64,000 bases of DNA from Bacteroidota bacterium (lineage in GTDB: Bacteria; Bacteroidota; Bacteroidia; Bacteroidales; GCA-2711565): positions 479-64,478 of the forward strand of contig PIVJ01000005.1 in assembly GCA_003353955.1 (NCBI GenBank), read 5' to 3'. Below are positions 58,673 through 64,000 of the stretch, in pieces. Position numbers and translations under genes: made by a program. The number at the start of each line of letters is the position of its first letter. Position 1 is the first letter of the stretch. The notes beneath the pieces were generated by a model. That model made no database searches. It was not told the DNA's origin and saw only the letters and a list, made by a program, of their open reading frames with translations.

Positions 58673-59459
58673 CATTGAATTTAAAAAAGTTATCTACAAT
58701 AAAACTTTTTGGGTATTACTCGGGCTCTATGGAATTATTCTAGGTGGTATTCTTATTGGGGTACAAACATTTATCAACGAATTAATGGTGGATGTCGGTA
58801 AAGATGCACCTATACCCGTGTCTAAAATATCGCTCTATGAATTCCCCGGTATTTGGCAAAATTTTACTTTTCTGGCCGGGAATTTCAAAATAATTTTGGC
58901 GATGATTGTAATCATCATTATAACGAATGAATATTCTTACAAAACCATCCGGCAAAATATTGTTACCGGAATGTCACGTATGGATTTTCTGATGTCCAAG
59001 CTTCTTATGACTTTTGTAATCAGTTTGGCGGCTACAATCTTCATCTTTATTCTTGGATTTATTCTAGGCGTAATCAATACTCCTGAAGTAACATTTTTAA
59101 TGATATTCGAGAAAACGGTATTCATTTTTGCATACCTGCTTGAACTGTTTGCTTTTCTGAGTTTCGCACTTTTATTAGGGTTACTTTCCAAACGATCAGG
59201 TTTCGCCATCGGCTTATTTTTCTTGTATTATTATGTTATTGAAAGATTTATCAATTACAAATTACCTGATGACTGGGGGGATTTTCTTCCACTGCGTGCC
59301 ATCGCAAATTTAATTGATACACCAAATACTGCTCTGATGAAGCTTTTTGGGTATAATTTCCGTGAAGTTGTAGCACCTCAGGACGTGATAGTTGTATTGT
59401 CTTTTACAGCATTGTTTATTTACCTTATGTTCCTGATTTTAAAGAAAAGAGACTTATAA
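58656..59459 (+). CDS. ABC-2 family transporter permease
   Basis: 267 aa with six predicted TM segments. Overlaps the ATPase gene by 17 nt. Confidence 0.7.
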   Translation: MIRLLNIEFKKVIYNKTFWVLLGLYGIILGGILIGVQTFINELMVDVGKDAPIPVSKISLYEFPGIWQNFTFLAGNFKIILAMIVIIIITNEYSYKTIRQNIVTGMSRMDFLMSKLLMTFVISLAATIFIFILGFILGVINTPEVTFLMIFEKTVFIFAYLLELFAFLSFALLLGLLSKRSGFAIGLFFLYYYVIERFINYKLPDDWGDFLPLRAIANLIDTPNTALMKLFGYNFREVVAPQDVIVVLSFTALFIYLMFLILKKRDL

Positions 59460-59628
59460 ATCAGTCAATACTACTTTATTCCTTTACAAATACATTATCA
59501 CACATTTCAAGACAATTAAGTTGTTTAAGAGCAATGCATTGTAACGAATTAAATATACTTAGAACTCTAAAGCAATATCTCAGGTGAAGGTTTATCCCTG
59601 ATATGCTTCATCTTCCTAAAAATTAAAT

Positions 59629-59636
59629 TATATTTG
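59629..59636 (+). promoter_or_regulatory. Bacteroidota-type -7 box TAnnTTTG upstream of the sugar transferase gene
   Basis: TATATTTG overlaps the ORF-track TTG start at 59634. This favours the ATG at 59655 (or 59706). Confidence 0.4.
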
Positions 59637-59654
59637 AAAGGTAAAGTTGATATA

Positions 59655-60476
59655 ATGCGAGAAAAATTTAAAGTAAAAACTCCAGAAACATTTGAAGATT
59701 CTAAGATGGGTTATTCTAAACGGATTTTTGATATCATATTCTCCATAATTTCATTATTACTTTTATTTCCTGTCTGGTTTCTGGCAATGATTCTTCTAAA
59801 ACTTGAATCAAAAGGTCCGGTTTTATATATTTCCAGACGAGTAGGAACCGGTTATGAAATATTTAAATCTTATAAATTTCGATCGATGCATGTTGGATCT
59901 GAAGAAAAAATCGCACAACTATCTCAATTAAACCAATACCTGATCGAGCACCACAAAATGGATAAAAGCATACCTGGATCTGAGAAATGTAAAGATTGTG
60001 ATGAACTCGGCAAACCCTGTTCACCAATATTGCATATCGATGGTGTTGAAATATGTGAAAACTCTTACCTGAAGAGGAAAAGAGAAGATACCAATTCGGT
60101 AACTTTTTTTAAGATAAAAGATGATCCAAGATTAACCAAAATTGGTAAACTAATTAGAAACTATAATATTGATGAAATTCCACAATTTATTAATGTTATA
60201 AAAGGAGATATGTCAATTGTTGGAAACAGGTCTTTGCCTCTTTACGAAGCGGAAGAACTTACTGATGATCAGTGGGGTCTACGATTTTTAGCACCTGTAG
60301 GCATCACAGGTCTATGGCAAATTAGTCAGCCCACATCAGAACGACTTTCTGCTGAACCCAGAAAAAATCTCGACAATCAATATGTTTTTAATTCGTCCTT
60401 TTGGGGTGACATTAGATTGATATTTCTTACGATTCCTGCAATACTTAGCAAGCCAAAACCAAGTAAAACAGACTAA
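59655..60476 (+). CDS. Polyprenyl-phosphate sugar-phosphate transferase (bacterial sugar transferase family) with Cys-rich insertion
   Basis: KRIFDIIFS, a TM helix, GPVLYISRRVG, YKFRSM, DDPRLTKIGKLIRNYNIDEIPQFINVIKGDMSIVG. An insertion of about 70 aa between FRSM and DPR holds four Cys (CKDC...C...C). Confidence 0.75.
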   Translation: MREKFKVKTPETFEDSKMGYSKRIFDIIFSIISLLLLFPVWFLAMILLKLESKGPVLYISRRVGTGYEIFKSYKFRSMHVGSEEKIAQLSQLNQYLIEHHKMDKSIPGSEKCKDCDELGKPCSPILHIDGVEICENSYLKRKREDTNSVTFFKIKDDPRLTKIGKLIRNYNIDEIPQFINVIKGDMSIVGNRSLPLYEAEELTDDQWGLRFLAPVGITGLWQISQPTSERLSAEPRKNLDNQYVFNSSFWGDIRLIFLTIPAILSKPKPSKTD

Positions 60477-61708
60477 TTTTCTTTTAAAGCACTCAACCTT
60501 TCTAACAATGGAGGGTGCGAGTAGTAAAATAAAACATAAACATGATGCGGTCGTAAGTTACTTAAACTGTTTACCGACAATTTTTTTAGAGCTAGTTGTA
60601 ATGAATCAGCCAATTGATATGATTTTGCATATCTATCTGCTGCATACTCATTTTTACGCATTACGTAATTTACAAACAAGCCGAGGATAAGCGAAATAGG
60701 ACTGTATAGTATACCAAAGGCTATTACCCCCAAATGGAAACTACTGTTTACAGAGCCCAACGATGCTGATAAAATAGGATTATCAATAAATAGTGAAAGA
60801 AGAAATAACATAATTCCGGTTTGAGCTAAAGAAGTACCCATCCCAATTAGTGAATGCTTTTTTTTGTAATGCCCAATTTCATGAGCCAGAATGGCAACTA
60901 ACTCTTGAACGGAATGCTCTTCAATTAAGGTATCAAACAGTACAATTCGTTTCTTAGGTCCAAATCCACTAAAATATGCATTGGCTTTTGTTGATCGCTT
61001 TGAACCGTCAATAACATAAATATTATGCAATTTAAAACCTGCTTTTTTGGCAAACACCTCAATCTCGTCCCTTAATTCTCCTTCCGAAAGTGGTGATTGC
61101 TTGTTAAATAAGGGTACTATCATGCTGGAATAAAACATGCTCATCAGAATAGTAAGAACTCCAATTACACCCCAGCATATCAACCAAAACCACTGCCCGG
61201 TAATAGTGTAAATCCAAACGGTTAAAGTCAGCAACCCACCTCCTAAAATAATAGTGAGCAGCCATCCTTTTAGCTTATCAATAATAAATGTTTGAACGCT
61301 CGTTTTATTAAATCCATATTTCTCTTCAATAATAAAAGTACGGTAAAGACTAAAAGGTATTGATAAGATATCTGCTAAGAAACCGATAATTCCAAAAAAC
61401 AGGATAGCAATAATTATGGCATTGTTTGAGTACGACCTCAATAATTTATCAAGATATGCGAAACCTTCCAAATAGAGAAAAGCTATAATGACAATAAACG
61501 AGATTGTTGAAATTATAATCGATAATTTTTGCTTCGCTCTGGCATAATTTTGAGATTTACGATACTTCTCAACATCATAAATTCCATTTAATTCTGCAGG
61601 CAAATCATTACTCCAACAGGTTGAATTCAAATAATCTAGAAATTGTTCCAATAAATAATCGGCAATAATTACTCCGATAATTATTAAAAATAGCGTTTGA
61701 GAATTCAT
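60473..61708 (-). CDS. M48 family zinc metallopeptidase (Ste24/HtpX-like)
   Basis: 411 aa, polytopic membrane protein. HEXXH as AHEIGHYKKKH and a downstream EYAADRY-type third ligand region. Confidence 0.85.
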   Translation of the reverse strand: MNSQTLFLIIIGVIIADYLLEQFLDYLNSTCWSNDLPAELNGIYDVEKYRKSQNYARAKQKLSIIISTISFIVIIAFLYLEGFAYLDKLLRSYSNNAIIIAILFFGIIGFLADILSIPFSLYRTFIIEEKYGFNKTSVQTFIIDKLKGWLLTIILGGGLLTLTVWIYTITGQWFWLICWGVIGVLTILMSMFYSSMIVPLFNKQSPLSEGELRDEIEVFAKKAGFKLHNIYVIDGSKRSTKANAYFSGFGPKKRIVLFDTLIEEHSVQELVAILAHEIGHYKKKHSLIGMGTSLAQTGIMLFLLSLFIDNPILSASLGSVNSSFHLGVIAFGILYSPISLILGLFVNYVMRKNEYAADRYAKSYQLADSLQLALKKLSVNSLSNLRPHHVYVLFYYSHPPLLERLSALKEN

Positions 61709-61745
61709 TTACCAAACAATAAATTAAAAGATATCTTGGATCTCT

Positions 61746-62492
61746 TTACATATTCATCCCACCACAAACGCTTACAACCTGTCCTGTAACATAACCTGCA
61801 AGATCTGATGCAAGGAATATGGCTATGTTTGCAACATCATTTGGAGCACCTGATCTTTGCAATGGAATCGTTTTAATCCATTTTTCTTTCACATCTTCAG
61901 GTAATTTGGCAGTCATTTCTGTTTCAATAAAACCAGGAGCGATTGCATTACATCGTATATTTCTTGATCCGAGTTCTTGTGCAATTGATTTTGTAAAACC
62001 AATTAATCCTGCTTTTGAGGCGGCATAATTAGATTGACCGGCATTGCCACCAACACCAACTACTGAACTCATATTAATAATACTTCCAAATCTCTGCTTG
62101 AGCATGATACGCTGAACCGCCTTTGTAAGATTAAAAATCGATTTAAGGTTAACTTTAATAACCAAATCCCAATCAGCCTCGGTCATGCGCATCAGAAAAT
62201 TATCTCTTGTTATTCCGGCATTATTTACTAATGCATCTATGGTTCCGAATTCCTCCACCACATCATTAATTAATGCTTCGCCTGCAGCAAATGAGCTAGC
62301 ATCAGACTCAAATCCTTTAACTTTTAATCCCTTATCATTAATTTCTTGTTCCAATGATTTTGCATGATCATCAAATACAATATCAGAAAAAGCAATATTT
62401 GCACCCTGATCAGCAAATTTCAACGCGATTTCTCTACCAATACCTCTAGAGGCACCAGTTATTAAAGCCGTTTTTCCTTCAAGTAATCCCAT
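61746..62492 (-). CDS. fabG: 3-oxoacyl-[acyl-carrier-protein] reductase
   Basis: 248 aa from MGLLEGKTALITGASRGIG. NNAGI, YAASKAG catalytic YxxxK and a C-terminal GGMNM ending. Confidence 0.85.
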   Translation of the reverse strand: MGLLEGKTALITGASRGIGREIALKFADQGANIAFSDIVFDDHAKSLEQEINDKGLKVKGFESDASSFAAGEALINDVVEEFGTIDALVNNAGITRDNFLMRMTEADWDLVIKVNLKSIFNLTKAVQRIMLKQRFGSIINMSSVVGVGGNAGQSNYAASKAGLIGFTKSIAQELGSRNIRCNAIAPGFIETEMTAKLPEDVKEKWIKTIPLQRSGAPNDVANIAIFLASDLAGYVTGQVVSVCGGMNM

Positions 62493-62522
62493 AATTTTAT
62501 TTGTCTTATTAAGAATCAACAA

Positions 62523-62530
62523 CAAATTTA
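62523..62530 (-). promoter_or_regulatory. Bacteroidota-type -7 box TAnnTTTG upstream of fabG
   Basis: TAAATTTG on the minus strand, 31 nt upstream of the ATG at 62492. It overlaps the longer ORF-track start at 62525. Confidence 0.45.
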
Positions 62531-62585
62531 TTCAAAATTTTTAATTAATCACTGGTGTTACGCATTAAAATATTAGCTTTCGGAG

Positions 62586-62786
62586 ATGACTGTTAATAAC
62601 CTTTTAGATATTTATACCGATTATTTTTTGGTAAATCCGAGCTACAGCACAGCTACGGGATTGTCATGAGTAACCAATGAAGCCGTAAGTCATGACCAGG
62701 TAACTCGTTTACTATCTGGCGATAAGTTAAGTTCAAAATCTCTACAACCACATATAAAAGTAATTATAATGATTATTTGATGATAC
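62586..62786 (+). mobile_element. N-terminal remnant of a DDE transposase (IS701/IS4-like) with in-frame stop
   Basis: MTVNNLLDIYTDYFLVNPSYSTATGLS, then TGA at 62667-62669, then VTNEAVSHDQVTRLLSGDKLSSKSL. This resembles, from memory, the conserved N-terminus of a transposase family common in Bacteroidota. The catalytic body is absent. Confidence 0.45.
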
Positions 62787-62941
62787 CTTTACTATTAGCT
62801 GCTTTTTAGGTTTTTATTTTATTCACCGCCTTAAGAAGCTTTTAATTGGTTTCAAAATTAATAGCCAACTAGTTGGGTATCTATCTCATTTATCTGGATT
62901 TTTACACTTGATCATAATGCGATGTTATGGTATAGGTGTAT

Positions 62942-64000
62942 TTAAAACCCTACTCCAATTCTAAATTCTGGAACGAGCTTTTGCCCTTTGTAATACGTGC
63001 TTACAAGATCGAAACGCATAACTTTAAATATGTGTTCGAAACCAATAAAGAATTCCGTATACTCCTTTTTCTCCTTTGTATATAAGAAATTTACACCGGC
63101 TAATGCTTGTATTTTAGATTTCCTTAAAAATGGAACTTTATTAATAATCCAACCATTGAAATGATGATAATAATTAAAGGCAATATAATTTCCAATGGTA
63201 CTGTTCGAATAATAATTTAGTGAATGAAAAGAAACAGTTTTGCTCGACGTATAATAATTATCTTTTCCACCAATGGTAATTTCTCCATCTCCTTCCTGGG
63301 GAATCAAAGCAGTTTGATTTCCATCAAAATGTTTAAAATCCATAAAATACACTCTTGATGTATTGAAAAATCCACCGAATTCAATCGCAACGTTTGATAC
63401 TCCTAAATTCGCTAAACTTATTCCATCATTTATCCGAACATACCAATAATCAAAGTCAGATTCTGAGATAGACGTATTTAAGCCTTTCTTATATCCAAAT
63501 TTTAGTATTGGGTATGTGGTTTTATATCGCTCTTTATCATTGGGATAGCGTGCATATTTCTGTCCAAATTTAATGGTGATATCAACTGAAAGGATTAGCG
63601 CTTTATTGCTTATGAATGCAGGGCTGTCATCCGATGGAATCAGCGGATTATTGGATGTAAAGTTTTTATCCGGCACTTTAAAAATAGTAAAATCAGCATT
63701 ATTTACTAAGGGCGATCTTTTTGCATACTCAAGAGAAGTCAAGACATATAATCCATTTAATATTTCCCTTCTATGTGCTAATTTCAAAAATTTCTTTTCA
63801 TAGAATTTAGCAAAATTTTCCTTAAATAATACTGTATGACAAGTATTTAAAAATAAGCTAATTGGGTTATCTTCGTTATATTGGAATGTATTTACCCCCC
63901 CTTCAAGCCTCAATTGCTGCAAATTAATACGATCAAAATAATAGATAATTCGTGGCTGATAATAAAAATTCTTATTGGTAAAACTGTATTTCGTAGATAA
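62942..64000 (-). CDS. C-terminal part of a large outer-membrane-type protein (DUF5686-like); continues beyond the window end
   Basis: The frame stays open to position 64000, upstream of the ORF-track TTG start. Beta-rich and aromatic-rich, with C-terminal ...PEFRIGVGF. The family assignment is from memory only. Confidence 0.5.
   Translation of the reverse strand, partial: LSTKYSFTNKNFYYQPRIIYYFDRINLQQLRLEGGVNTFQYNEDNPISLFLNTCHTVLFKENFAKFYEKKFLKLAHRREILNGLYVLTSLEYAKRSPLVNNADFTIFKVPDKNFTSNNPLIPSDDSPAFISNKALILSVDITIKFGQKYARYPNDKERYKTTYPILKFGYKKGLNTSISESDFDYWYVRINDGISLANLGVSNVAIEFGGFFNTSRVYFMDFKHFDGNQTALIPQEGDGEITIGGKDNYYTSSKTVSFHSLNYYSNSTIGNYIAFNYYHHFNGWIINKVPFLRKSKIQALAGVNFLYTKEKKEYTEFFIGFEHIFKVMRFDLVSTYYKGQKLVPEFRIGVGF

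Noticed and set aside
22750-62525. Longer N-terminal extensions given by the ORF track for the HU gene (22750), lipid kinase (25769), LolA-like gene (31022), rpsO (36294), VOC gene (45281), DMT gene (51424), yigZ (52380), sugar transferase (59634), fabG (62525), mpg (23754) and the kinase gene (49529)
   Set aside because: In each case a TAnnTTTG -7 box, an upstream gene or the conserved family N-terminus falls inside the extension. The downstream ATG was therefore preferred.
1-64000. Search for tRNA, rRNA, tmRNA, RNase P, SRP RNA, riboswitch or CRISPR signatures in the intergenic spacers
   Set aside because: I recognised no T-loop (GGTTCGAATCC-like) motif, rRNA segment, repeat-spacer array or known riboswitch core by eye. 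This is a negative result from manual reading only, and covariance-model scans would be needed to be sure.

Overview
AT-rich chromosomal segment that looks like Bacteroidota. Support: recurrent TAnnTTTG -7 promoter boxes, a 287-aa RpoD-type sigma factor, a bTHX ribosomal protein, TamB/DUF490 and LolA-like/FtsX modules. Most of it is dense housekeeping: AddA-like helicase-nuclease, tamB, tsaD, parC, fmt, HU, recQ, idi, rpsO-pnp-rpoD-rpe, pepD, a PiT phosphate transporter, prmC, dnaA, slyD and fabG. I recognised no rRNA, tRNA, CRISPR array or intact mobile element. The points worth a second look are listed here. (1) A translationally coupled PP-loop-like protein and atypical MurD-like ligase sit outside any cell-wall cluster; they are a candidate MurL/MurD2-type pair or an uncharacterised ligase module. 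(2) A GC-rich, apparently non-coding repeat of about 130-160 nt has two copies, one just upstream of dnaA. (3) bTHX is fused to a Lys-rich tail built from 4 x 24-nt tandem repeats. (4) An intact low-molecular-weight phosphotyrosine phosphatase (LMW-PTP) homologue lacks the catalytic Arg and Asp. (5) A sugar transferase carries a Cys-rich insertion. (6) A uridine-kinase-like gene, a sucrose-phosphate-synthase-like glycosyltransferase and a drug/metabolite-family (DMT) transporter form one string. (7) Small accessory genes are decaying (trmH-like, ferritin-like, a glyoxalase-type VOC gene, the DMT transporter, two transposase remnants) while very long ORFs stay intact. All functional calls rest on motifs read by eye and on remembered family signatures. 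No database search was run.
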